Assembly: GCA_028704635.1 (NCBI GenBank)
Contig: JAQWFB010000002.1
Location: forward strand, 64,693-128,692
Origin: Candidatus Shapirobacteria bacterium
Lineage (GTDB): Bacteria > Patescibacteriota > Microgenomatia > UBA12405
Reading direction: 5' to 3'
Length of the DNA: 64,000 bases
The position numbers and the translations under genes were made by a program. Positions 39,075 through 53,100 of the stretch are shown in pieces; position 1 is the stretch's first letter; each line of letters starts with the position of its first letter. The notes under the pieces are model-generated. The model searched no databases. It was not told the DNA's origin and saw only the letters and a list, made by a program, of their open reading frames with translations.

Positions 39075-39457
39075 AAAACTTAAATACATTTCTATAAAAT
39101 TAAAAACGTCTCAGCAAAATTATTTTCACACTCCATAAACACATCCTATAATTATTTTTCGTTATATACATCACATCTCTTTCTCTGAGATCTAATATCT
39201 ACGATCCAAATTCTAGTTTTACCCTTGTCTTAAACACCAAAACACCCTCCACTCTTCCCTAGCACCAACACCTTTAATTTGCTAAGAAAAATCAAATAAA
39301 CACATCAAAAACAAACAATTAAAAGCATTGTGACTCAAAAATTAAATCAAAAATTTTGTCTTATAAATTTAAAATTTCGCAGTGGTGTATTTTTTGCGGC
39401 TTTGAACACGCCAGTATTCACGCAAGCAAAAAATATATAACGAGAAATCAAAAACCT

Positions 39458-39871
39458 CTATCTAAACGTCACTGTCACCGTTCCATTTAATGGCACCCCA
39501 CCAACCTGTGCCGTTAATTCATACTGTTGGGCCGTGTTCGATGTTAATTCAAAAGTTGCCTTACCCAAGCTATCCGTTGCTCCATCTAACTCTCCTAGCC
39601 CACTCAATTGAACTGATCTACCAACAATACCCTTTCCATCACTATCTAAAACAAAAACATTCACAATACACTTCTCATGACCATCTGCCTTAGCCATCAT
39701 TTTTTGACCAATCAACAAAGAATTCTTAATCGAAACTTTTCGAACCGTACTTGCTTTAGTTAAAGTTACTAATGCCTTGGGAATCACAGATGTTCCTAAA
39801 TAAACCACTGCTGCCATAGCCACTAAAAAACCAATACCACTGTATAATATGTTTTTTTTATCAGCAATCAT
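39458..39871 (-). CDS. Small membrane-anchored Big_1-like Ig-domain protein, paralog of 27155..27568.
   Basis: ADGHEKCIVNVFVLDSDGKGIVGRSVQLSG...ATFELTSNTAQQYELTAQVGGVPLNGTVTVTF aligns with the ORF at 27155. The start is taken at MIADKK. Confidence 0.5.
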   Translation of the reverse strand: MIADKKNILYSGIGFLVAMAAVVYLGTSVIPKALVTLTKASTVRKVSIKNSLLIGQKMMAKADGHEKCIVNVFVLDSDGKGIVGRSVQLSGLGELDGATDSLGKATFELTSNTAQQYELTAQVGGVPLNGTVTVTFR

Positions 39872-40442
39872 CTTAATAAATAATAGCACAAAAAAACAAT
39901 ACAAGCACTAAAACCATCCATTTAGCAAAAAACTAGCTTAACTGCTAACCTTTAATAAATTTAAAAACACACCTAAAAACAGGCATATTTAATCTAAAAA
40001 TTAAACCTAAAAATCAAAAAAAATCCCAAAACTAATTTTTTTTCCCAAAAAGGATACAAATTACCTCCCTCTAACTCTTTATATATCAATATAATTCATC
40101 GTATCTTAAGCAAAATTTACTAAAAATTAATTCAATCTTAACTTTTAATTTAAAAAATTTTTATTTTTTTACTAAAAAAATCACTTCCTAATTAGCTTTT
40201 TGAAATCATCTTTGTACCCCTAAAGTATATCATTTAATATCTTTTAGAGTTAACCGCATTTCTCCGCATTAATAAATTTTGTCAGCTCGTATTAAGTTGT
40301 ATTTTGATTTCATTTATACCACATTGATAGTAGGTGCACCACCTGTGTTAACTATCGTGAAACTATTTTTTTTAGAAAAAAAATAAAAAAAATTGAAAAA
40401 CATACTATCAAAACATATCAGAAAAACGTCAAAAACGCCCTA

Positions 40443-40471
40443 TTGACAGGCTTTTTCTAATAGTAGATATT
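40443..40471 (+). promoter_or_regulatory. Candidate sigma70-type promoter upstream of the giant-gene operon.
   Basis: TTGACA (40443-40448), then 17 nt, then GATATT. It lies in a roughly 700-bp AT-rich leader. Confidence 0.25.
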
Positions 40472-40640
40472 ATTATTATATTAATTATTAATATATATAA
40501 ACCATGTATAAATCATATAATTTTGAACCTAAATCATTATCACCGCAAAAAAAATTTAATCTTAATCAGATGGCTGAAAGATTAGTTCCATTTTTAATCA
40601 TTGCTACCACCTTTGTTTGGCTCTGGAAATAGTCCTTTTT

Positions 40641-41099
40641 ATGACCGCCCCCATCATTGTCTCCTATCAAAACTGGCTCAAATCCAAGTCCTACTCTGAG
40701 GCCACCATTCGCAATTATCTTGCCGACCTCAAAAAATATTTTCTCTTCACTAATTCCAATGTTGATCAAGTCACCGACAAAATTTTCGATCAAGACAACT
40801 TGTCTTCCTATTTCCAAAACATCAACCAAGACTCCAACTACAAACGTTTTCTTGCTTCTCTTTCTAAATTCTTCCAATTTGCCTTAGACCAACACCTAAT
40901 TTCTGTCAATCCTTTCTCCAAAGCCCTTAAAGTTGAACCCGAAATTGATCTCGAAGATGTTATCAAACTATATCAACAACAATTAGAGACCAAAAATTTT
41001 TCTCTTTCGACTATTCGAAACTATATCAATGACATTCATCAATTTATTAATTGGGCACAAAATGAAAGTCGCCCTGTTAAGGAAGATGTCACTAAGTGA
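40641..41099 (+). CDS. Protein made of two phage-integrase N-terminal SAM-like (core-binding) domains, with no catalytic domain.
   Basis: YQNWLKSKSYSEATIRNYLADLKKYFLF and LYQQQLETKNFSLSTIRNYINDIHQFINWAQ match the [YF]..L...S..T...Y...L..F..F pattern of the XerC/D N-domain. The ORF track opens at TTG 40617; ATG 40641 is preferred. Confidence 0.5.
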   Translation: MTAPIIVSYQNWLKSKSYSEATIRNYLADLKKYFLFTNSNVDQVTDKIFDQDNLSSYFQNINQDSNYKRFLASLSKFFQFALDQHLISVNPFSKALKVEPEIDLEDVIKLYQQQLETKNFSLSTIRNYINDIHQFINWAQNESRPVKEDVTK

Positions 41100-41114
41100 C
41101 AGAGGGTTTATTCA

Positions 41115-44100
41115 ATGGATTTAAATAAATTATTTAATCAATCCAGGTTTAACGAATACGCTGCTTTTCTAAAAAGCACCAATCTTTCTGATGCCAGCAT
41201 CCAACGTAAACTTTCTTCTCTTGCCTCTTTTCAAAAATTTCTGATTAAGAAAAAATATGTCTCTTTCGTAGAGACGCACGATCGCGCGTCTCTACTTTCA
41301 ATAAGCGAACATGCCGATTCACTCATACCAAAAACCTCACTTTTTTCCAATCTAAAATCAAAAATAAAATTACCACCCGTCATTGACGATTTACGATCAA
41401 ATTTTCTCTTTCGCTACATAGTTATCTTTTCTCTTTTTGCTATTAGTGCCGGTTTAGGTTTTACTCTTTATCGCCAAGCTGTTCTTCAATCACAACAAAA
41501 TCTCGCTTATTCCACTGCCTCAGCCATGATTACCGGTGGCCGCTTTTTATCTTTTCAGGGTCGTTTAACCGACACCGCCGGTAATCCTATAATATCTTCG
41601 ACAAGTATAGTTTTTAAACTATATCCATCAGTCGGATCTGGTACTACTCTATACACTTCTCAAACCGGTAACAGTCAAACCGTCGTTCCAGATGAGAATG
41701 GTATTTTCTCTGTTACTATCGGTAGAAGCCATGGTACCACTATTCCTTCCTCTGTCTTTACTGAAAATGCCGAAGTCTGGTTAGAAATCACTGCTGGGGG
41801 TGAAACAATGAATCCCCGTCAACAAATTGCTACCGTTGGTTACGCTTTAAATTCAGAAACTTTACAAGGCCTTCCCCCATCTGCTAGCGGTACCAAAAAC
41901 ACAGTGCTAGTTATTGATGGTTTAGGTAATCTTAACCTTGGAGAAACCTCTCCTACTATTAAATCAACTTCTGGCACTCTCGGTATCGAGGGTCAAGCTG
42001 TTCTAATTAAAGCTTCTGATGGTTCCGGCGGTAATATTACCATCAACCCAGATAGTAATGGCGTTATTAACTTAATCACTGAGGGTACTGGTGCCACTGG
42101 TTTTATCAATGCTACTAATGCCAACCTTGCTTCTGGTAATTTATTTAATGCCACCATAAATAATCTTAATCGTGGCTACAATTTCATTAATTTCAGCAAT
42201 TATAGTGTTGGCACTAGTATTGTTTCCCGTTTTTCAGTTGATGCCTACGGCAACACCATTATTGGTAATAATTTAACTATCGGAGGCACATTTGTATCAG
42301 TTGGATCTACTAATTTGGTTACTAAACTAAACTCTGATCTACTTGATGGTCATCATTCTTCATATTTCCTTAGCGTTGGTGATACTGGATCACTTCCTTA
42401 TGTCAACGATGCTACCAACACTACCCTTACTCGATCTGGCACTTCTGGTCCTTATACCCTAGGTCTTAATCTTAATAATACTAACACTTGGACGGCTATT
42501 CAAAATTTAAGTGCTGGTGCCACTATCTCCAACTTATCTGTTGGTGGTACTTTTATTTCAGTTGGTTCTACTAATTTAGTTACTAATCTTAATGCTGATT
42601 TATTAGATGGTAATAATTCCACTTATTTTGTCAATATTGGCCAAACTGGTAATTTTATTACTACTATTACCGGTGTTGGTATTTCTGTCTCCCCTACCTC
42701 TGGTACCAGTAGAACACTTACTAACATGGGCATTATGAATGCTACTAATGGAACTTTAACCAGATCTGGTTCCATTGGTTCTTATACTTTAGGATTAAAT
42801 CTCAACAACTCTAACACTTGGACGGCTATTCAAAATTTAAGTGCTGGTGCCACTATCTCCAACTTATCTGTTGGTGGTACTTTTATTTCAGTTGGTTCTA
42901 CTAATTTAGTTACTAATCTTAATGCTGATTATTTAAACGGTCTTCCTTCTAGTAGTTTTGTTGGTATTGGTTCCACTGGTAATTTCATCACTAATTTAAC
43001 CAATGGAGTTGGTATCACCATCACTGGTTCTGGTTCTTCTCGTAATATTGCTTTTGATTATGGTGCTTCCTTGTTAGCTACTGGCAATAAGATTGGGCTA
43101 AATTTTGGATCAATTAATACTTGGACGGCTAAACAAACTTTTGGCAACGCTGCTATTGGTGGAACTTTAGCCTTAACCCAAGGAGCTCAAGATGGTTATA
43201 TTTTAACCAGCGATGCCAGTGGTAATTCTTATTGGGCACCCAACACTGGCGTCGGAACAATCTATTTTGCTGGCAGTGGTTTAACTCTAACTGGTACTAC
43301 TTTTAAGCTTGGCGGTGCCCTTACTGAAAATGCTAATTTAACCATCGGTAACACTTCTGCTTTCTTTATCAATTCCACCACCGGCAACGTCGGCATTGGC
43401 ACCACTAACCCAAATAGGGCATTAGAAATTATGAAACAAGTTGATGGTGAAGTTCAATTAAGATTAGGTAATGGTCCAACTACATTTTGGGATTTAGGCA
43501 GAGATGGTTCAGACGGATATTTTAATATTAAAGATCAAAACGGAGCTAAAAGATTAGTTATAAACGATATTTCTGGCAACGTCGGCATTGGCACCACCAA
43601 TCCAACTTCAAAATTAACAGTTGCTGGTAATGTCAATATTTCCACCTCTCTCAATGTCGGCACCTCTCTTGTTGTCGGAACCAGCATTGAATTAAGCAGC
43701 AGCGGTAATAGATCTCTCAGTTATTACGACTCATCCACTAACGGTTATTTCACTCAAATGCAAACCACTGCCACTGGCGGTTATGGAACTTATGGCCCAG
43801 TTTCTGGTGACTGGGCTCTTTATAATCGATTTAGCGGTGCCAACACTCGTGGTTGGATTTGGCAACTTGGCACTGTCAATGTCGCTGGACTAAATGGCAA
43901 AGGTGATTTTCAAAACGCTGGTAATTTAACAGTCGGTGGCACTCTAAGTATTGGTTCTGTTCCAACTGCTTCAGATAATAATACTGTCTTAACTAGTGTT
44001 GGTGGAGTTGTTAGTTCAATTAATACTTCTGCTTGGGATAAAAATGCTTCAGATGATTTAACCACTTCTACCAATCTCTTTGTTATTAAAGCAGATAGTG

Positions 44101-47100
44101 GTACAGCCGAAACTCTCAATGTTGGTAACACTATTAACTTTGTTGGTGGTCTGGGATTAGGTTCTACCGTATCCGCTACTGACACTATTACCTTTAATAT
44201 TGGTTCTTCTGCTGGTATCTCTGTTAATACTGATACCATTGGTATCAATATTGGTCTTACTGGTTTAGGTTTCTCTGGTACTAAATTAATTAATACTGGT
44301 TTAGTTGGTGTTAGTAATAGCACTCTTACTCGTATTGGCAGTAATGGCAATTACACTGTTGGACTTAATTTAGCTAACATTAATACTTGGACAGCACTAC
44401 AAACATTTGGCAATGCTACTGTCGGTGGAACGTTAACCATGACTGGTACTAATGTTGGCACTGGTACTACTGCTTTATTTATCGCTTCCAATGGTACTGT
44501 TACTAAAAGAGCTTTAGGTACTATGGCTTTTGACTCTGGCACCTACGACAATTACAATCATTGGAAATTACAAACTAATAGTAATGGCACCACCAATGTT
44601 TTAACTGGTAATACTGTCAATTTTATTAATGGTATTGGCATCTCTTTAGTTCAATCTGGTTCTACTATTACTGTCAACAATATTGGTACTGGTACCACTT
44701 ATGCTGCTGGCGTTGGTTTAAGTTTAAGTTCATCAAATATATTTAGTATTGATTATGATTCCACCCTTGATTTGAATGGTAATAAAATTAGCCTTAATAC
44801 CGGTAACGCCAACACTTGGACAGGATTACAAACATTTAATGCTACTGGTGCTCCTTTTGCTGTTGGATCTAGTGTTTTAGTCACTAATCTTAATGCTCAA
44901 TATCTTAATGGTATTTCTTCTAATGGTTTTGTTGGTATTGGCCAAACTGGTAATTTTATTACTACTATTACCGGTGTTGGTATTTCTGTCTCCCCTACCT
45001 CTGGTACCAGTAGAACACTTACTAACATGGGCATTATGAATGCTACTAATGGAACTTTAACCAGATCTGGTTCCATTGGTTCTTATACTTTAGGATTAAA
45101 TCTTGGATCAAATAATAGCTGGTCTAATGGTATTGGTGTTAGTGGAACAACTAATCTAACCAATGCTTTAAATGTTGGTGGAACAGTCTACTTTGGTAGT
45201 TACGTTGGGATTGGAACAGCTAGCCCAAACAAACAACTTCAAATTGGATCCGCTGCTAATAATTCTTCTATTTATAACGATTATATTGGCAGTATAAATA
45301 ATATGGTTTTGGAATCCAGAGATAGTAATGACAGTGGTGCTTTTGTTTTCAGATCTAATAGCGATGTGGGTACTTCTGATTTAGTTCAAATCACTCGTCT
45401 CGGTTATGTCGGTATCGGAACCACCGCTCCAGGCTACAAACTTGATGTTTCTGGCACCGGTCGTTTTACTTCTAATTTAACAGTTGGTGGCACTTTAGCA
45501 CTAACTCAAGGTGCTGCTAATGGCTATATCCTTACTTCTGACACTAGTGGTAATGCTAAATGGTTACCTAATACAGGTATCGGTACCACTTATGCTGCTG
45601 GTGTTGGTTTAAGTTTAAGTTCATCAAATATATTTAGTATTGATTATGATTCCACCCTTGATTTGAATGGTAATAAAATTAGCCTTAATACCGGTAACGC
45701 CAATACTTGGACAGGATTACAAACATTTAATGCTACTGGTGCTCCTTTTGCTGTTGGATCAAATACTCTTGTAACTAATCTTAATGCTCAATATCTTAAT
45801 GGTATTTCTTCTAATGGTTTTGTTGGTATTGGCCAAACTGGTAATTTTATTACTACTCTAACTGCTGGCACCGACATCTCTATCACTGGTTCTGGTGTTG
45901 GTCGAACCATTAATGACACTTCTACTTTATCCACTGTTACTGGACGAGGATCTTCTACTTCTACTATGCTTTCTCTTCTTGGTGGAGCTTACTTTGGCAC
46001 TGCTGGTGCTACTCAAGGTGTTTGGAAGGCTAATGGTACGGTTGGGATTGGAACAACTAATCCTATATACGGTAAAGTAGAAATAACCACCACTGCTTCC
46101 AATACTGGTGGTTTAAGCCTTTATCGAGGCACTGGTAGCACTGCTAGATCTTGGATTACTTCCAATGATGTTTGGTTGATGCAAAGATCAACGAATGATA
46201 ATGCTGGTATTGCTATTGATGCTTCCGGTTATGTCGGTATCGGCACCACCGCTCCAGGATACCGATTAGACGTTTCTGGTACCGGTCGTTTTACTTCTAA
46301 TTTAACTGTCGGTGGTACAGTTTCTTTAACCGGTACTAATGTTGGCACTGGTACTACTGCTTTATTTATCGCTTCCAATGGTACTGTTACTAAAAGAGCT
46401 TTAGGTACTATGGCTTTTGACAGTGGCACCTACGACAATTACAACCATTGGAAATTACAAACTAATAGTAATGGCACCACTAATGTTTTAACTGGTAATA
46501 CTGTCAATTTTATTAATGGTATTGGCATCTCTTTAGTTCAATCTGGTTCTACTATTACTGTCAACAATGTTGGTGCTGGTACCACTTATGCTGCTGGTGT
46601 TGGTTTAAGTTTAAGTTCAAGTAGTGTTTTTAGTATCAATTTTGGCTCTGCCAACACTTGGACAGGATTACAAACATTTAATGCTACTGGTGCTCCTTTT
46701 GCTGTTGGATCTAGTGTTTTAGTCACTAATCTTAATGCTCAATATCTTAATGGTATTTCTTCTAATGGTTTTGTTGGTATTGGCCAAACTGGTAATTTTA
46801 TTACTACTATTACCGGTGTTGGTATTTCTGTCTCCCCTACCTCTGGTACCAGTAGAACACTTACTAACATGGGCATTATGAATGCTACTAATGGAACTTT
46901 AACCAGATCTGGTTCCATTGGTTCTTATACTTTAGGATTAAATCTTGGATCAAATAATAGCTGGTCTAATGGTATTGGTGTTAGTGGAACAACTAATCTA
47001 ACCAATGCTTTAAATGTTGGTGGAACAGCCTACTTTGGTAGTTACGTTGGGATTGGAACAGCTAGCCCAAGTTCCAAATTAGATGTCGCTGGAGCCATCT

Positions 47101-50100
47101 CTTTAATCCAAAATTATCCATTAATTATGAAAAGTGCCTCTGGAACCTACGGTGGCGCTATTCGATATGACACTCTTGGTGGAGAATTTATGACCATGGC
47201 CACTAAAAATTCTGCTTCAAAATTATTATTTGCCACCGGTTTTGATCTTACCGCCAGCCAAGGTTCTAGCAATATTCTTCCTACCACTGTTGGCCTAGCT
47301 ATTTACAACAATAATGTCGGCATCGGCACAACTAATCCAACTTCAAAATTAACAGTTGCTGGTAATGGTAATTTCACTGGCAATCTCTCTGTTGGTGGAA
47401 CAGTCACTCTCTCATCCTCTGTTGCCTCTAATACTAGTGACACCACTGCTTTAATGATTAATGGTAGTAATGTAGTTACCAAAAGAACTCTTGGTGATCT
47501 AGCTTTTCAAAATAATGCTTCTCTTGGTTGGATTGCTAAAACAGCTTCAGGTAACTTAACAATTGGCACTGGTACTACTCTTAACTTCACTGGTATTAAT
47601 GGTTTAACCACTGCCAATGTTGGTTCTTCTCAAATTACTTTTAGTTTAGGTGGTTTCCTTTCTCAAAATACTGATATTGGTTTCTCTGGTTTCTCTCTTA
47701 GTTTTTCTGATGGTGGTAATACTTTAGTTTCATTTTCTTCTACTGGTAATACTTTCTATAATCCAACTACCTTTACTTCTAGTGGTGATGTATCTATTGC
47801 TTATGATTTGAATTTTACTAATTCAAATAATTCAAATATTAATACTGCTGGTCCTTTCTCTATTAATGCTGGTGAAGTCTTTAATTCTAGTAATTTAACT
47901 CTCCAAACTTATAACTCTGGAAAAATAATTCTTAATTCTAGTAATCTTTACACTGATGGCACCTATTTCGGTATTGGTACTACCAATCCAACCAGCACTC
48001 TTAGTGTTAATGGTAATGCTGATATTAATAATTTAGTTATTGATGGCACTTCTGGCACTGGATTAAATATCTCTAATAACAGTCTTACCACAGATATTAG
48101 TCTTCAGAATGGTGAAACTATTGATAATGACACTAATGGAAGAATTAACTTCTCTATTAGTGATCTTTATCTTAATAGTAGTATTTTCTTAACTTCAACT
48201 AGATTATTCCAAGCTGGTAATGGTACCGTTACCACTCCCGCTTATTCCTTCTCTTCTGACACTAATACTGGCATATACCGTATTGGTGAAGATAATATTG
48301 GTGTTGGTACTAGCGGAATTTTACGTCTTACTGTAGCTGGTAATGGTAATGTTGGTATTACTAAAAATCTTAATGTGGGTGGCACCTTAACCACCACTAC
48401 TCTTAAAGCTACCAATGCTCAAGATACAACCAAAGTTACTAATTTAAATGCTGACTTGTTAGATGGTAATGATTCCAGTGTTTTTACCACTCATAATGAA
48501 GTGACTGATTTAGGAACAGTTACTTTTTCCTCAGGTTCAGCTGTTACCACTGCCACCTTTATTACTGAATTAGAAAACAAAGGTGCTTTTGATAATTATC
48601 ACAGTATAATGAAAGCTAGTTGGGATTATTCCGGCAATAGCGATATTACTGACACTGGTTTCGGAACTTTCGAATTAGCAGGATGTGTTGTTGAAACTTG
48701 GACAGATGATTCAAGCGATGTCACTAGAGGTAATATCACTGTTCGAATCACTAGACCAACTACTGGATCAGGAGGAGGTCAAATTTTGGTTTATAACGAC
48801 CAAGGATCAACCTATAGTCCCGGGTGGAGACAAATTTGGAATTCTAGTACTGACGGTTCCGGTTCTGGCCTTGATGCTGATTTATTAGACGGTCTTCATT
48901 CAACTGCTTTTGAAGTCCCATTAACCTTTACTAATGGTTTAACCAGAAGCAGTAATGATGTTCATTTTGGTGGTGCTCTTACTGAAAATACCAGATTAAA
49001 CATTGGCAATACCGAAGTTATGTTCTTCAAATATGCTAATGGCAATGTCGGTATCGGAACGACTAACCCATTAGCCAAATTAAATGTTTATGGTCAAAGT
49101 TTATTTGGAACTACTAGAACCGGAGTTGGAGCTGCCAGTTCTGTTATAAATTTAGGGTCAGATGAATATATTAATTTCGCATGGAGTACGAGTTACCCAA
49201 CTGGTAATTATCATAGAATTGGTAAAGATAGAACTTTTGATAATTATGCTCTATCCTATATTTCTACCGGAGCCGACGCCACTACTAATCTAGCACATGT
49301 ATTCCGAACCACCAACACTGATTCAGCATTAGCAATTACGGCTGGTGGTAATATTGGTATCGGTACCACCGCTCCAGGCTACAAACTTGATGTTTCTGGT
49401 ACCGGTCGTTTTACTTCTAATTTAACAGTCGGTGGCACTTTAGCACTAACCCAAGGTGCTGCTAATGGTTATATTTTACAATCCGATGCTAATGGTAACG
49501 CTAAATGGATTGTTCCCTATGGTGTTGGTGGTACTAATAGTCTTTCTGCTGGTACTGATATTTCTATTACTTCTGTTGGTATTGGTCGAACCATCAACAA
49601 CACTTCTACTTTATCCACTGTTACTGGACGAGGATCTTCTACTTCTACTATGCTTTCTCTTCTTGGTGGAGCTTACTTTGGTACTGCTGGTGCTACTCAA
49701 GGTGTGTGGAAAGCTAATGGAACAGTGGGAATTGGGACTACTAATCCAAGCGGTGGAAAACTTCAAATATTTGGAGAAGGTGCAGCTAATGGTTTAAGTA
49801 TTTATAACGGCACCGGTGACACACTCAGATTATACCGAGTCAATAACGTAGGTATTCTAAGCAGAGGCGGAGTCGATACTGCCGGAATTGCCATTAATGT
49901 TTCTGGCAACGTCGGCATCGGTACAACTAATCCAGGAGTAAAATTAACAGTCACTAGGGGAGGGGCAATTTATGACGCCGCTCCAACCCTCGGCAGTGGC
50001 ACTGTTGGAGTATTTTCACTACTCTCTGGTAATGGTCTTTATGGGTTGTATAGCGGTATTTCCTCAAACGGCGACACCTGGCTTCAAAGTCAGAGGAATG

Positions 50101-53100
50101 ACGCCACTACTGCTGCATATAATATATTACTTAATCCCAGTGGTGGTAATATCGGCATCGGCACAACTAATCCTCTTTATAAGCTTCACGTTTCTGGTGA
50201 TGCTTTAATTTCAACTCGATTAGGTATTGGAGTTACCAATGCTTCTTATGCGTTAAATGTTTCTGGTAATGGTAATATTACTGGCAAATTAAACATTGGT
50301 ACCACCACTACCACCACTTCTCTTAATTTAACTAATACGGCAGTTGGTGGTTCTTCTATTGCTGCTTTCTTAAGTGGTAATAGTGGTTTAATTGGTTACA
50401 TCAGTACAGTTGGTTGGGATAAGAATACCGCTGATGATTACACCTCTTGGACACTTCAAGCCGATGGTGCTAACGGTTCTTCGATTACCTCTGGGTCTAC
50501 AGTTAATTTCGCTCATGGCACTAATATCAGTTTAGTTAAATCTGGTAATACCATTACTATTAATAATACTGCTTCTCCTTACACTGCTTCTAATGGTTTA
50601 TCTTTGGTTGGTCAAGATATTAGACTTGGCGGCACCTTAACTCAAAATACCGATATTGGTTTCTCTGGTTTCTCTCTTAGTTTTTCTGATGGTGGTAATA
50701 CTTTAGTTTCATTTTCTTCTACTGGTAATACTTTCTATAATCCAACTACCTTTACTTCTAGTGGTGATATATCTATTGCTTATGATTTGAATTTTACTAA
50801 TTCCACTGCTTCTTATATTCGATCTCAAGCTCCTCTATATATTCAAACAGAAAGTCCATATGCTAATTTAGATCTTAACTTAACTGCTGCTAATGCCGGC
50901 CAAATCTATTTAAATTCAAATGTTCAGGCTATGGCTAATTTAACTGTTGGTGGTACCTTCACCTCAGTTGGTTCCACTAATTTAGTCACTAATCTTAATG
51001 CTCAATATCTTAATGGCATTTCTTCTAATGGTTTTGTTGGTATTGGCCAAACTGGTAATTTCATTACTACACTTACCAACGGCACTGATATTAATATCAC
51101 TGGTTCTGGGACTAGTAGAACTATTAATAATACTTCTACCTTATCCACTGTTACTGGACGAGGATCTTCTACTTCTACTATGCTTTCTCTTCTTGGTGGA
51201 GCTTACTTTGGCACTGCTGGTGCTACTCAAGGTGTTTGGAAGGCTAATGGTACAGTTGGAATTGGGACGACTGCTCCAGGATACAAACTGGATATAATCA
51301 ATAATTCAGCCACTCAATTACGAGTCGCATCAGGCGTAGGGCAATTGCAAGGTGGAATTAGATTTGGAAATTACGATGCAACTCAAACCGCTGATATTTT
51401 ATTTACAGCCTCAGGACAAAACAGTTTAGATATTAGAACAAATTATAGTAGTACAAGCAATAAGATTACATTAAGCCCAGGCACTGTCACAGCAATGACT
51501 TTATTGGGCTCCGGTTATGTCGGTATCGGTATTAATCCACTCTATAAACTTCATGTGTCTGGTGATGCTTTAATCTCTACTCGATTAGGCATTGGAGCCA
51601 CTAATGCCAATTTTGCTTTAAATGTTGTTGGTAATGGTAATTTCACCGACTCTTTAAGTGTTGGAAAAACCTTAACCACCACCACCCTTAAAGCTACTAA
51701 TGCTCAAGACACTACCGTTATTACTAATTTAAATGCTGATTATTTAGATGCCCAAAATGGAAGTTATTATGACCAGCGAGTCTACACTAGCACTAATAAT
51801 TATTTAGGTGGTTATTATGTTAGTGGTGGAAGCGAAAAACCAAATAATACTATTTTTGGTGCTGGAAAATTAAAGCTAGCCATGTTGTCGGGTACTAATC
51901 TTGGTTTTGGTGGTAGCTGGAACGATGTTTTATGGTTAAGTTCTTATACCGGCGGTGATGTTAAAGGAAGTTACGCCATCATTGCCGACAAATATTCTGA
52001 TAATCTTTATTTCTCTAGACAAGACTATGATAGTGGTACTTGGGGCACAGGTAATAAATTATGGCATTCTAATAATGATGGTATCGGTTCTAGCCTTAAT
52101 GCTGATTTATTAGATGGTCTTCATGCATCTGCTTTTCTAACTACTCTAACTGGTGGCACCGACATCTCTATCACTGGTTCTGGTGTTGGTCGAACCATTA
52201 ATGACACTTCTACTTTATCCACTGTTACTGGACGAGGATCTTCTACTTCTACTATGCTTTCTCTTCTTGGTGGAGCTTACTTTGGCACTGCTGGTGCTAC
52301 TCAAGGTGTTTGGAAGGCTAATGGTACAGTTGGGATTGGAACCACCAATCCTCTTCAAAAGCTTCAAGTCGCCGGAGATATTAATATAGAAAGTGGATCT
52401 GGAATAAGAATTAATAACACTGCTACTTCTGGGTATTATCTCCGAGGCAATGGCACTAGATTTGTTTCTTCAGGTATCCAAGCCGCAGATGTTCCAACAT
52501 TAAACCAAGACACTACCGGTTCTGCAGGCACATTATCACGCGAAGACAACCGAACTATTTCACCAAGTGAATTAACTGCTGGAAAATTAAAATTCGGTTT
52601 CACTTCCTACACCAATAACGATACCGGCCCTTATGCAGACTTCTTACATTTTAGATCCTATACTGATGCTACAGGTGGTAATGACAACCTTTTAGTCTTA
52701 AACAAGACTGATTTTGGCATGAGGTTATACCAACAAACTTGGGGCAGTGCTTCTGCATATTCTACTTACAAAGATATAGCCTTAGTCGATAACGGTGCAG
52801 CTTTAAATTATCTTCCAAAATTTTCTGGAGTTGGCACTAATGTGAGAGTAACCAATTCCTCAATCTTCGACAATGGCAACGTCGGCATTGGCACTACTAA
52901 TCCAAGTTATAAACTAGACATTCAAAATACTAGTACTAGTATGGCTGTTAATATAGGATCGGTAGCTCAAACTCTATACAGCGATCTAGTTTTACACACC
53001 AATGGTGGTTCTGGTGAAATATTTAAAGCTGGTTCCGCTTACACTTCTTGGGGTGGTCCCTCATCTCTTAATATTTATAACAGCTCTGGCCCAATTGCTT

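Noticed and set aside
38407-39100. Possible CRISPR array, given the multiple 28-bp palindromes in a short interval
   Set aside because: The repeats are self-complementary palindromes of two different families at irregular spacings of 21, 270 and 254 bp. There are no uniform repeat-spacer units and no cas genes. They fit REP-type elements instead.
40566-40877. 103-aa ORF on the - strand and other short antisense ORFs inside the giant and LamG genes (for example 43910..44350, 56344..56787, 28013..28339)
   Set aside because: They are embedded antisense or out-of-frame within strongly supported long ORFs. They have repeat-driven low-complexity composition (Pro/Leu/Thr runs) and no start context.
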